From positions 22,574 through 86,573 of the forward strand of contig DAOTGE010000003.1 of NCBI GenBank assembly GCA_035446965.1: a DNA stretch of 64,000 bases, given 5' to 3'. The notes beneath the pieces are model-generated. The model did not search any database, was not told the DNA's origin, and saw nothing but the letters and a program-made list of their open reading frames with translations. The translations under genes were made by a program, and so were the position numbers. This DNA comes from Eubacteriales bacterium. GTDB lineage: Bacteria > Bacillota > Clostridia > Christensenellales > CAG-138. Of this stretch, positions 35,796-44,508 are shown piece after piece; the first letter of the stretch is position 1; every line of letters begins with the position of its first letter.

Positions 35796-36734
35796 ATGAA
35801 ATTTACGCAGCGCGAGAAGCGCTTTCCCTCCGCGACCGGTCTTTGCGACATCCGGTATCGTTTGTGGGTTCCGGAAGAGCCGCAGGCCGCGCTCCAAATC
35901 ACGCACGGCATGGCGGAGCATATCGACCGCTACGAAGAGTTCGCTTCGTTCCTTGCCGAAAACGGCGTGCTCGTCTATGGTAATGATATCGCCGGGCATG
36001 GCAAAAGCATTGGCAAAGACAAGCCGAAAGGGTATTTTGGCGAAAAGGACGGATGGGACGCGATCGTGAAAGACATGCGCACGATGCGTGACCTTGTAAA
36101 GGACGACTATCCCGGGATTCCTTTTATCCTGTTCGGGCATTCGATGGGGTCCTTTCTGGCGCGTACATACGCCGGGCGTGACGGGAAAGATTTTGACGCA
36201 TATATCTTTTCCGGCACGGCGGGCAGCAACCCTGTGCTTGGAATCGGCAAAGCGATCGCGAAGCGCGAGATCAAAAAGACAGGCGGCAAGGAACCGAGCC
36301 TTGCGCTCTTTAAGATGAGCTTTGGTTCCTACAACAAAGCGTTTAAGCCAAACCGTACGGAAAACGACTGGCTTTCGCGGGACAACGAAAAGGTCGATCA
36401 ATACGTTGCGGACGAAAACTGCGGTTTCCCGTTTACTGCGTACGCTATGTACGACGTGTTTACGGGGCTGACCGAGATTTCCAGTGAAAAATGGGCGGCA
36501 CGCGTGCCGAAGCGGCCGATTCTTTTGATGTCCGGCGCGATGGACCCCGTCGGCGGCAAGGGCAAAGGCGTAAAGCAGGTGTACGGCTGGCTGAAAAAGA
36601 CCGGGCACACGCCGGAACTGAAGCTATACGAGGGCGGACGGCACGAAATGCTCAACGAAATCAACCGCAGGGACGTATACGGAGACGTACTGCTCTTCAT
36701 TGAAGCGGTGGAAGTAATGGGAGAACCGAAATGA
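35796..36734 (+). CDS. Alpha/beta hydrolase (lysophospholipase / monoacylglycerol lipase-like)
   Basis: The HGMAEH oxyanion region and nucleophile elbow GHSMGS are present. The ATG at 35796 lies 7 nt after GGAGG. Confidence 0.88.
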   Translation: MKFTQREKRFPSATGLCDIRYRLWVPEEPQAALQITHGMAEHIDRYEEFASFLAENGVLVYGNDIAGHGKSIGKDKPKGYFGEKDGWDAIVKDMRTMRDLVKDDYPGIPFILFGHSMGSFLARTYAGRDGKDFDAYIFSGTAGSNPVLGIGKAIAKREIKKTGGKEPSLALFKMSFGSYNKAFKPNRTENDWLSRDNEKVDQYVADENCGFPFTAYAMYDVFTGLTEISSEKWAARVPKRPILLMSGAMDPVGGKGKGVKQVYGWLKKTGHTPELKLYEGGRHEMLNEINRRDVYGDVLLFIEAVEVMGEPK

Positions 36735-37399
36735 GCGTATTGGTCTACCGGGACGGCGACACGCTCTGCCAGGCGGGCGCGACGCTGCTTGCCGGCTGCA
36801 TCATAGAAAAACCAACGAGCGTACTGGGGCTGGACTGTTCACAGTCGCTTTCCCCGCTGTACCGGAAGATTGCAGGCATGACCAGCGACGGCCTGCTTGA
36901 CTGGACGACCATACGTGCTTTCAACCTTTTTGAGCACGTTCAATCCGGTGCGCCGGAAACAGACGAGGCGCGGATGCGCGCCATGCTTTATAATCGTGTG
37001 AACATCCTGCCGGAAAACATCTATTCGCCGAATACAAACGCGCAGGACTGGAGTGTTGCCTGCAACGACTATGAAAACGCGATTTTGGACGCAGGCGGCC
37101 TGGACACGCTTGTGTGCACGGTCGGCAGGGACGGGCGGATCGCCTGCAACCTGCCGTCTTCCGAGCTTGCACCGATTACGCATGTCGAGCGCACGGAAAC
37201 CGGGCGTGCCGTGACGCTGGGCATTTCAACAATTATGTCCGCAAAACGCGTAATTGCAGTCCTTTCCGGATTCGACCTTGCGCCGATCGCCGGGCTCGTG
37301 ATCACGGGTCCGGTCGTGCCGACGATGCCGGCGAGTTATCTGCAGCTGCATCCGAACGCAATCTTCATGCTGGACGAGGAAGCTGCGGACCAAATCTGA
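36731..37399 (+). CDS. Glucosamine-6-phosphate deaminase (NagB)/6-phosphogluconolactonase-fold protein, catalytically degenerate
   Basis: It aligns by eye along its full length with NagB (VLGL..., FNL.E., VG.DG.IA.N.P, YLQLHPNAIFMLDE), but the catalytic positions are substituted (see findings). Confidence 0.8.
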   Translation: MSVLVYRDGDTLCQAGATLLAGCIIEKPTSVLGLDCSQSLSPLYRKIAGMTSDGLLDWTTIRAFNLFEHVQSGAPETDEARMRAMLYNRVNILPENIYSPNTNAQDWSVACNDYENAILDAGGLDTLVCTVGRDGRIACNLPSSELAPITHVERTETGRAVTLGISTIMSAKRVIAVLSGFDLAPIAGLVITGPVVPTMPASYLQLHPNAIFMLDEEAADQI

Positions 37400-37427
37400 A
37401 TTATAACCCAATCGAACGGAGCAAAAA

Positions 37428-38006
37428 ATGGCGGATCTGAGCTGGGAAGCGATCGAGGAAGAGATACGCGGCTGTAATCGCTGCGGCCTGTGCAAAATGC
37501 GGAACAGCATTGTTTTGGGCGAGGGCGACCGCAACGCGGACATCATGCTCGTTGGCGAAGGCCCCGGCGGGGACGAGGACCGCATCGGCCGTCCGTTCGT
37601 CGGCAAAGCGGGCCAGTTGCTGGACAAGATGCTTGCAGCCATTGACATGAAGCGCGAAGACCTGTATATTACCAACATTGTCAAATGCAGACCGCCGGGA
37701 AACAGAACGCCGCTGGACGAAGAAGCGCAGACCTGCCTGCCGGTGCTAAGGCGGCAGTATGCGCTGATTCATCCGAAGATTGTCGTTTGCCTCGGCGCGA
37801 CCGCGGCAAAGTACCTTTACGACCCGGAAGTACGGGTTACACGCATGCACGGCAAATGGGTTGAGAAATGCGGCGTATGGTTTATGCCGACGTTTCATCC
37901 CGCTGCGCTGCTGCGCGACGAAACGAAAAAACGCGACGCATGGGAAGACCTGCAGTCGCTTGCGGAAAAATATAAGGAAATAAAAAACGCAGGGAAAGGA
38001 AACTAG
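37428..38006 (+). CDS. Uracil-DNA glycosylase, family 4 (Fe-S type)
   Basis: CNRCGLC, GEGPGGDEDRIGRPFVGKAGQLL, NIVKCRPP and HPAALLR. Confidence 0.92.
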   Translation: MADLSWEAIEEEIRGCNRCGLCKMRNSIVLGEGDRNADIMLVGEGPGGDEDRIGRPFVGKAGQLLDKMLAAIDMKREDLYITNIVKCRPPGNRTPLDEEAQTCLPVLRRQYALIHPKIVVCLGATAAKYLYDPEVRVTRMHGKWVEKCGVWFMPTFHPAALLRDETKKRDAWEDLQSLAEKYKEIKNAGKGN

Positions 38007-38015
38007 GAGGACTTT

Positions 38016-38753
38016 ATGTCAGGACATTCCAAGTGGGCCAACATTAAAAATAAAAAGGAAAAGACGGACTCGCAGCGCGGGCGCATCTTCACAAAAATCG
38101 GCAGGGAAATTGCTATCGCGGTCAAAGAGGGCGGAGCAGACCCGGCCAACAACAGCAAACTGCGCGACGTGATTGCAAAGGCGAAAGCAAACAACATGCC
38201 AAACGACAACATCGCCCGCTCAATCAAAAAGGCGGCGGGTGAGGGCGCGTCCGTCAACTACGAGGAGATCAGTTACGAAGGGTACGGCCCCGGCAGCATG
38301 GCGGTGATCGTTTCGGTGGTGACCGACAACCGAAACCGCATCGCCGCGGAAATGCGTCATATCTTCGACAAGAGCGGCGGAAACCTTGGCAACAGCGGCT
38401 GCGTGGCCTGGATGTTCGATAAAAAGGGACTGATCGTGATCGAGCGCACGGCGGCCCTGGACGAAGACGAGGTCATGATGCAGGCGCTCGAAGCCGGCGC
38501 GGAAGATTTTGTCGCACAGGACGACGCGTTTGAGGTGTACACGGATCCCGCGGAGTTTTCTACGGTGCGTGAAGCGCTTGAAAAGAACGGGTATGAATTC
38601 ATCTCGGCCGAGGTGCAGATGATTCCGCAGAACACGGTTGCAATCGACGATGCGGAGACGGTCGAAAAGGTAGTGCGTTTTTTGGACAAGCTCGACGAAA
38701 ACGACGACGTGCAGGAAGTTTTCCATAACGCAGTCCTGCCGGAGGACGCGTAA
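38016..38753 (+). CDS. yebC: YebC/PmpR family DNA-binding transcriptional regulator
   Basis: MSGHSKWANIK..K...D..RG.IFTK....I..A....GADP..N..LR..I.KAK..NMP. Confidence 0.95.
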   Translation: MSGHSKWANIKNKKEKTDSQRGRIFTKIGREIAIAVKEGGADPANNSKLRDVIAKAKANNMPNDNIARSIKKAAGEGASVNYEEISYEGYGPGSMAVIVSVVTDNRNRIAAEMRHIFDKSGGNLGNSGCVAWMFDKKGLIVIERTAALDEDEVMMQALEAGAEDFVAQDDAFEVYTDPAEFSTVREALEKNGYEFISAEVQMIPQNTVAIDDAETVEKVVRFLDKLDENDDVQEVFHNAVLPEDA

Positions 38754-38884
38754 CCGCGCGTTTCAGAATTTTCACAGACTGGTTACAATAACGCCTTGCA
38801 GAAGCCCGCGGGAGACCTGTTACGCGGTTGCGGGCAAAAAATGCATGGTATAAAATAGAAATAATGAAAAAGGAGGCGTAACTT

Positions 38885-39238
38885 ATGGCAGCGGAAATGT
38901 CTACGACAATGGGGAAGATCACGATTGCGGACGACCTGATCGCCAGCATCGCCGGGTTTGCGGCAGTGGAAAATTATGGCATCGTCGGCATGAATTCCAA
39001 GAAAGCGGCGGACTCGTTCGTCGAGCTGTTTGGAAAAGATAATATGCGCCGCGGCGTCAGGGTTACGGTTATTTCGCCCGATGTGATCGACATCGATCTT
39101 TACGTTACGCTCGAATACGGCGTGTCCCTGCCCGCCGTGGCGCGCAATGCCAAGAGCAACGTGAAATACCGGGTGGAGGAAATGACGGGGCTCACGGTAA
39201 ATGCCGTGAACGTCCATGTTGAAAACATTCGAGTATAA
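38885..39238 (+). CDS. Asp23/Gls24 family protein (YloU-like)
   Basis: GKITIADDLIASIAGFAAVENYGIVGM...V.V......IDL.V..EYG.....VA.N....V.Y.VEEMTGL.V..VNV.V. AAAGGAGG lies before the ATG. Confidence 0.88.
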   Translation: MAAEMSTTMGKITIADDLIASIAGFAAVENYGIVGMNSKKAADSFVELFGKDNMRRGVRVTVISPDVIDIDLYVTLEYGVSLPAVARNAKSNVKYRVEEMTGLTVNAVNVHVENIRV

Positions 39239-39277
39239 CGCAGTTCGGCATTGGGGTCCGAACATTCGGAGGGTAAA

Positions 39278-40918
39278 TTGGATAATAACGTAATGATCGG
39301 CGGCGCACAGCTGCGCGATATGATTGTCGCCGGCGCAGCGCTGCTGGAGAAGAACAAAGCGACGATAGACGCTTTGAATGTATTCCCCGTCCCCGACGGA
39401 GATACTGGCACCAATATGTCCATGACGATGCAGAGCGCCGTGCGTGAAATCCGCGCTTTGCCGGAGGACGCGACCGCCACGCAGGTTGCGGACGCAATGA
39501 GCATGGGTGCGCTCAAGGGCGCGCGCGGCAACTCCGGCGTCATTCTGTCCCAGCTGTTCCGCGGGTTTTCACGTGCGTTTAAAGGAGAGGCGTTCGTCAA
39601 CGCCGAGCTGCTTTCGCGCGCGCTGACCATGGGCAGCGAGGCGGCGTATAAAGCCGTTATGAAACCCAAGGAAGGCACGATCCTGACCGTTTCGCGTGTG
39701 ATTGCCGAGCAGGTGTCCCTGCGCTGGCAGCAGGGTGCGAACGTCTACCGCCTGATGGACGAAATCCTCGAAAGCGGCGAGCGCGCGCTGGCTGAGACGC
39801 CCAAACAGCTGCCTGTCCTCAAGGAAGCAGGCGTTGTGGATTCCGGCGGCAAGGGGCTTTTAACGATCTATCGCGGCTTTAAGCTTTCGCTGGACGGCGA
39901 AGAGGTTGAAAGCTACGAGGAAGCCATACCGGTTCAGGCGGCGGAGATTTCCGAAACGGACAGTTTTTCGGGAGAGAACATCGTTTACGGCTACTGCACG
40001 GAATTTTTTATCATTCATTTAACGCCGGAAACGAACGAAGCGGAAATCGAGAGCTTCCGCAAACATCTCGAGCGCCTTGGCGATTCGGTCGTCGTTGCAA
40101 GCGACGCGGACATGATCAAGGTACACGTGCATTCCAACGCACCCGGCAAAGTTTTGCAGATGGCGCTGCGTTTTGGCGAACTCAGCGGGCTGAAGATTGA
40201 AAACATGCGCGAGCAGAACCGGACTCTTATGGAGGAGCGCAAAAAGAACGAGACGGAATTTGGTTTGCTTGCCGTCAGCACGGGCGATGGCGTGGACGAG
40301 CTCTTCCATGCACTTGCCGTGGACGCGCTGATTTCCGGCGGGCAGACCATGAACCCAAGCATCGATTCGATTGCTTCGGCGATCAACAAAATCAATGCGC
40401 GAAACGTCTTTGTGCTGCCGAACAATTCCAATATCATTCTGGCCGCACAGCAGGCGGGCGAACTGACGAAAAAGGGCGTCGTGCTGATTCCGACCAAGAC
40501 AATTCCGCAGGGCGTCGCCGCTTGTATGGCGTATTCAAAGGATGCCACTGTCGAGGAAAACGAAGCGGCGATGAAAGCGGCTATCAAGGAAGTGGTCAGC
40601 GGCGCGGTGACGTATGCGGTGCGCGATACGACCATTGAAGGCACAAAGATCAAAAAAGGCGATATGATCGGCCTGCTTAACAACCATATGGCCGCCACCG
40701 GCAAAACCGTTGAAGAAGCGACTAAGGCACTGATTCGCAAGATGATCGAAAAGAAAGGCGACGACGCCTGCACGGTCACGCTGTATTACGGCGAAGACCA
40801 AACGGAGGAAAACGCCGGCGCGATTGCCGAGGCAATGGAGCAGGAGTACAAGGACGCGGAGTTTGTCGCGCTCAAAGGCGGACAGCCGCTGTATTACTAC
40901 TATATCGCCGTGCAGTAA
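39278..40918 (+). CDS. DAK2 domain-containing protein (YloV-like)
   Basis: DALNVFPVPDGDTGTNM and GARGNSGVILSQ (DAK2) are followed by a DegV-like C-terminal half. The TTG at 39278 follows GGAGGG and gives an N-terminus collinear with YloV. Other in-frame starts at 39251 and 39293 are possible. Confidence 0.9.
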   Translation: MDNNVMIGGAQLRDMIVAGAALLEKNKATIDALNVFPVPDGDTGTNMSMTMQSAVREIRALPEDATATQVADAMSMGALKGARGNSGVILSQLFRGFSRAFKGEAFVNAELLSRALTMGSEAAYKAVMKPKEGTILTVSRVIAEQVSLRWQQGANVYRLMDEILESGERALAETPKQLPVLKEAGVVDSGGKGLLTIYRGFKLSLDGEEVESYEEAIPVQAAEISETDSFSGENIVYGYCTEFFIIHLTPETNEAEIESFRKHLERLGDSVVVASDADMIKVHVHSNAPGKVLQMALRFGELSGLKIENMREQNRTLMEERKKNETEFGLLAVSTGDGVDELFHALAVDALISGGQTMNPSIDSIASAINKINARNVFVLPNNSNIILAAQQAGELTKKGVVLIPTKTIPQGVAACMAYSKDATVEENEAAMKAAIKEVVSGAVTYAVRDTTIEGTKIKKGDMIGLLNNHMAATGKTVEEATKALIRKMIEKKGDDACTVTLYYGEDQTEENAGAIAEAMEQEYKDAEFVALKGGQPLYYYYIAVQ

Positions 40919-41040
40919 CGGCGGCACTGAGTCCCGCTGCTGCGGCGACTGAACGGACAAAACGGCCGGCGACGGGAAACACCGCGCGAATCGAAATTCG
41001 GCGGAGATCTTCCGTCAACGGCTGTTCTTTTTTTGAAGAG

Positions 41041-43044
41041 ATGAAGGATATTCCAATAACGGCAATCAAAGGCATCGGTCCGAAACGCGCGGAGCTGTTT
41101 GAACAGTTCGGCGTGCGTTCGGCGCGCGGACTGCTCAACTGCCTGCCGCGCGACTATCTGGATTATTCGTTCGTTACACCGGTCTGCGAGCTTACAGACG
41201 GCAAAAGCGCGGCGGTGCAGGTGCGGATTGCGTCCGCACCAAAGTATTTCCGAAGAGGCGGAATGAGCGTGGTTTCCGTTTCAGCGCAGGATGACACGGG
41301 AGGCGTTACGCTCAAATGGTTCAACCAGCCATACCGCTATGCACAGGTCAAGGCCGGGGACGTCGTTTACGCCTGCGGGCGCGCGCAGAGGAAGCGGAGC
41401 GCAACGCTGGTCAATCCTGCGGTTTCGGACACGCTGCCGGGAATCCTTTCGGTCTACACAACCATAAAAGGGCTGAACCAGCGTGCGTGGCGGGACGCAC
41501 AGCAAGCCGCACTGGAAGCGCTTTGGGACGATATCGACGAAACGCTGCCCGCGTCGCTGCGGGAACGCTATCACCTTGTGCCGCTTGCGCTTGCGCTGCG
41601 GCACGCGCATTTTCCAATCAGCGCGGAAGCGCTCGGGCTTGCCAGAACGCGGCTGGATTTTGAAAACGCACTGCTTTATTTTATAGCAGTCGAGGAACAA
41701 AAGGCAGAACGGACAAGGCAAAACGGCTTTGCGTTCGACACGGGCGGCGTCCTGGAACGCTATTGTGAAAAACTGCCGTACGAGCCGACCGGCGCGCAGA
41801 AGCGCGTAATGGACGAGATCGCCGCGGACATGCGCAAGGCCGTCCCCATGAACCGACTGCTGCAGGGCGACGTAGGCTCCGGCAAAACAGCGGTCGCAAT
41901 CTATGCGCTCTGCGTTGCTTCCGCAAACGGCAAACAGGGCGCGCTGCTTGCGCCGACGGAGATTCTGGCGGAGCAGCATTACGAAAGCCTCAGGCATATC
42001 TTCGGTGACGCGGCGGTGCTGCTGACCGGCGGTATGAAAAAAGCGCAGAGGGACGCTGCACTGCGGCGCATCGCCGACGGAACGGCGCTTTGCGTGACCG
42101 GCACGCATGCGCTGTTGTCCGGCGACGTGCGCTTTTACGACCTCGGCTGCGTTGTGACGGACGAACAGCACCGCTTCGGCGTGCGGCAGCGCGCGGCGAT
42201 GCTGGAAAAAGGCGCAAGGCCGGACATCCTCGTTATGAGTGCGACGCCGATTCCGCGAACGCTTGCGCTGATTCTCTACGGAGACCTGGATATCTCGGTG
42301 ATCGACGAACTGCCGCCCGGGCGCAAACCGGTTAAAACCAGCGTGATTCCGGCAGGCAAACGAGCGGACATGTATGCGTATCTTGCAAAGCAGGCGGGCG
42401 AGGGTGTGCAGAGCTATGTGGTCTGCCCGCTGATTGAAGAAAGCGAAAACATCGGCTGCCCAAGCGTAAATACGCTGTATGCGGAGCTGAAAAAGGCGCT
42501 GCCCAAGACGAAAATCGGCATGCTGCACGGGCGGATGCGCGAACAGGAGAAAACACGCGCTATGCAGGATTTTCGCGATGGCGAAACCGGCATTCTCGTT
42601 GCAACAAGCGTTGTAGAAGTTGGCGTGCACGTTCCGAACGCCTGCAACATGGTCATCGAAGGAGCGGAACGGTTCGGTTTAAGCCAACTGCACCAGTTGC
42701 GCGGCCGCGTTGGCAGAAGCGCAAAACAAGCATACTGCTTTCTGCTCTACGGCACGAAACCCAAAGGGGAAAACGAGCGGATGAAAACGCTTACAAGCAC
42801 TTGCGACGGATTTGCAATCGCACAGAAGGACCTGATCCTGCGCGGCCCGGGCGACTTCATCGGTGTGCGGCAGCACGGGGAATCGGGAATTGCGGCGCTT
42901 GGCGGCGCGATGGACGTGCGGCTGCTTGAACAGGCGGGGAAGGCGGCGCGGGAAATCGCGGCGACGCCGTCGGACGAAAGTGCGCGGCTGATTGAACTTG
43001 CCAACGAGCGCTTTGAGTCCATGGCGGATATTGCAATGAACTGA
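41041..43044 (+). CDS. recG: ATP-dependent DNA helicase RecG
   Basis: Wedge/OB N-terminus, helicase motif I GDVGSGKT, motif II VTDEQHRFG, SATPIPRT and motif VI QLHQLRGRVGR. Confidence 0.96.
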   Translation: MKDIPITAIKGIGPKRAELFEQFGVRSARGLLNCLPRDYLDYSFVTPVCELTDGKSAAVQVRIASAPKYFRRGGMSVVSVSAQDDTGGVTLKWFNQPYRYAQVKAGDVVYACGRAQRKRSATLVNPAVSDTLPGILSVYTTIKGLNQRAWRDAQQAALEALWDDIDETLPASLRERYHLVPLALALRHAHFPISAEALGLARTRLDFENALLYFIAVEEQKAERTRQNGFAFDTGGVLERYCEKLPYEPTGAQKRVMDEIAADMRKAVPMNRLLQGDVGSGKTAVAIYALCVASANGKQGALLAPTEILAEQHYESLRHIFGDAAVLLTGGMKKAQRDAALRRIADGTALCVTGTHALLSGDVRFYDLGCVVTDEQHRFGVRQRAAMLEKGARPDILVMSATPIPRTLALILYGDLDISVIDELPPGRKPVKTSVIPAGKRADMYAYLAKQAGEGVQSYVVCPLIEESENIGCPSVNTLYAELKKALPKTKIGMLHGRMREQEKTRAMQDFRDGETGILVATSVVEVGVHVPNACNMVIEGAERFGLSQLHQLRGRVGRSAKQAYCFLLYGTKPKGENERMKTLTSTCDGFAIAQKDLILRGPGDFIGVRQHGESGIAALGGAMDVRLLEQAGKAAREIAATPSDESARLIELANERFESMADIAMN

Positions 43045-43258
43045 TTCGCCGGATCGAACGCATTTATTTAAAAATGCGAAAATATATTTTCCGCGCTGCT
43101 GCGCCGCAAAGTCCTGAACGAGGCCTTTACAGACGATTATGGACGGTTAACGCGGTTTAACAGCGTCTAAACATTTCAGCGGTGCGCTGACAATTTGTTT
43201 GACGCGTCGACAAACGCCATGTTATTATGTATCTACCTTTCCAAAAAAGGACGTGCTT

Positions 43259-44437
43259 ATGGATTATAAAAGTTTGATTTCGGATTGCGTAAAACGCATC
43301 CCGCCTTCAGGCATAAGGAAATATTTTGACCTGTTGGACGACCGGTACATCAGCCTTGGCGTCGGAGAGCCCGACTTTCCCACGCCGGAACGCATTCGCG
43401 CTTATGCGGCGGAAAAGCTGAAAAACGGGCGTGTCGCGTATACGTCCAACTCCGGCGACCCGCACCTGCGGGAGCTTATTTTAAGGTATCTCGAAGACCG
43501 GTATGCAATTTCCGGTTACGAATCGATCGATAACGTGCTGATTACCGTCGGCGCGAGCCAGGCGATCGATCTTGCAATGCGCGCAATTCTCAACCCCGGC
43601 GACGAAGTGATCGTTCACGAACCGATTTATGTTTCTTACCGGCCGTCGATCGAACTGGCGGGCGGCAAGCCCGTTACGGTCGTCACGCATCACGAAGACC
43701 GTTTCCGCCTGCGCCCGGAGGCGCTGCGGGCGGCCATTACGCCGAAGACGAAGGCGATCCTGCTTGCGTTCCCGAGCAATCCGACCGGCGCAATCATGGA
43801 GCAGACCGATCTTGAAGCGATCGCGGACGTCGTGCGCGGCACGGATATTCTCGTTATTACGGACGAGATTTATGCAGAACTAACCTTCAATGGCAAGCGG
43901 CATCATTCCTTTGCCGCGCTGCCCGGCATGCGCGAGCGCACAATCGTGCTGAACGGCTTTTCAAAGGCGTTCTCCATGACCGGCTGGAGACTTGGATATG
44001 CGGCTGGCCAGAAGGACCTGATCGCCGCCATGCGCAAGGTCCATCAGCTCACCATGCTCTGCGCGCCGACGACCGCGCAGTGGGCGGGTGTTGCCGCGCT
44101 CGAGTGCGGATTTGAGGACGGGTTTGCCGATACACGCGCGATGATCGAGCAGTATGCGGTGCGCAGGCGCTTCATTATCGACGCTTTCAATTCGCTCGGG
44201 CTGGAGTGCAACGAGCCGGAGGGCGCTTTCTACGTGTTCCCTTCGGTGCGTTCAACCGGTATGACAAGCGAAGGATTCTGCGACAGTTTGCTGGAAAGCA
44301 AAAAAGTCGTGACCGTGCCCGGCAGCGCGTTCGGCGCAGCCGGAGAGGGGCATATACGCTGCTGCTATGCGACCTCGATGGAGGACATCGAGGAAGCGAT
44401 GCGCCGCATCGCCGCGTTTCTTAAGGAACGCAGCTGA
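43259..44437 (+). CDS. Pyridoxal-phosphate-dependent aminotransferase, class I/II (AspC/PatA-like)
   Basis: GIRKYFDL, LGVGEPDFPTP, NPTG and the PLP-lysine context SKAFSMTGWRLGY. The ATG at 43259 is preferred. Confidence 0.92.
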   Translation: MDYKSLISDCVKRIPPSGIRKYFDLLDDRYISLGVGEPDFPTPERIRAYAAEKLKNGRVAYTSNSGDPHLRELILRYLEDRYAISGYESIDNVLITVGASQAIDLAMRAILNPGDEVIVHEPIYVSYRPSIELAGGKPVTVVTHHEDRFRLRPEALRAAITPKTKAILLAFPSNPTGAIMEQTDLEAIADVVRGTDILVITDEIYAELTFNGKRHHSFAALPGMRERTIVLNGFSKAFSMTGWRLGYAAGQKDLIAAMRKVHQLTMLCAPTTAQWAGVAALECGFEDGFADTRAMIEQYAVRRRFIIDAFNSLGLECNEPEGAFYVFPSVRSTGMTSEGFCDSLLESKKVVTVPGSAFGAAGEGHIRCCYATSMEDIEEAMRRIAAFLKERS

Positions 44438-44451
44438 AACGAAGGTTTCGC

Positions 44452-44486
44452 AGCCCCGTCACGTTTGATATGACGGGGCTTTTTAA
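44452..44486 (+). terminator. Intrinsic terminator after the aminotransferase gene
   Basis: agccccgtca (44452-44461) pairs perfectly with tgacggggct (44471-44480), followed by ttttt. Confidence 0.7.
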
Positions 44487-44508
44487 TTTGTTAAGGGAGA
44501 ATCGGGAC

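Noticed and set aside
43074-43151. Small ORFs in intergenic gaps: a 25-codon ATG ORF in the recG-aminotransferase spacer, a 41-codon ORF at 52307-52432, and 5-9-codon ORFs upstream of rho and ntpF.
   Set aside because: They have no Shine-Dalgarno sequence and no recognisable peptide features, and they overlap predicted promoters or terminators. Nothing supports them as genes or leader peptides.
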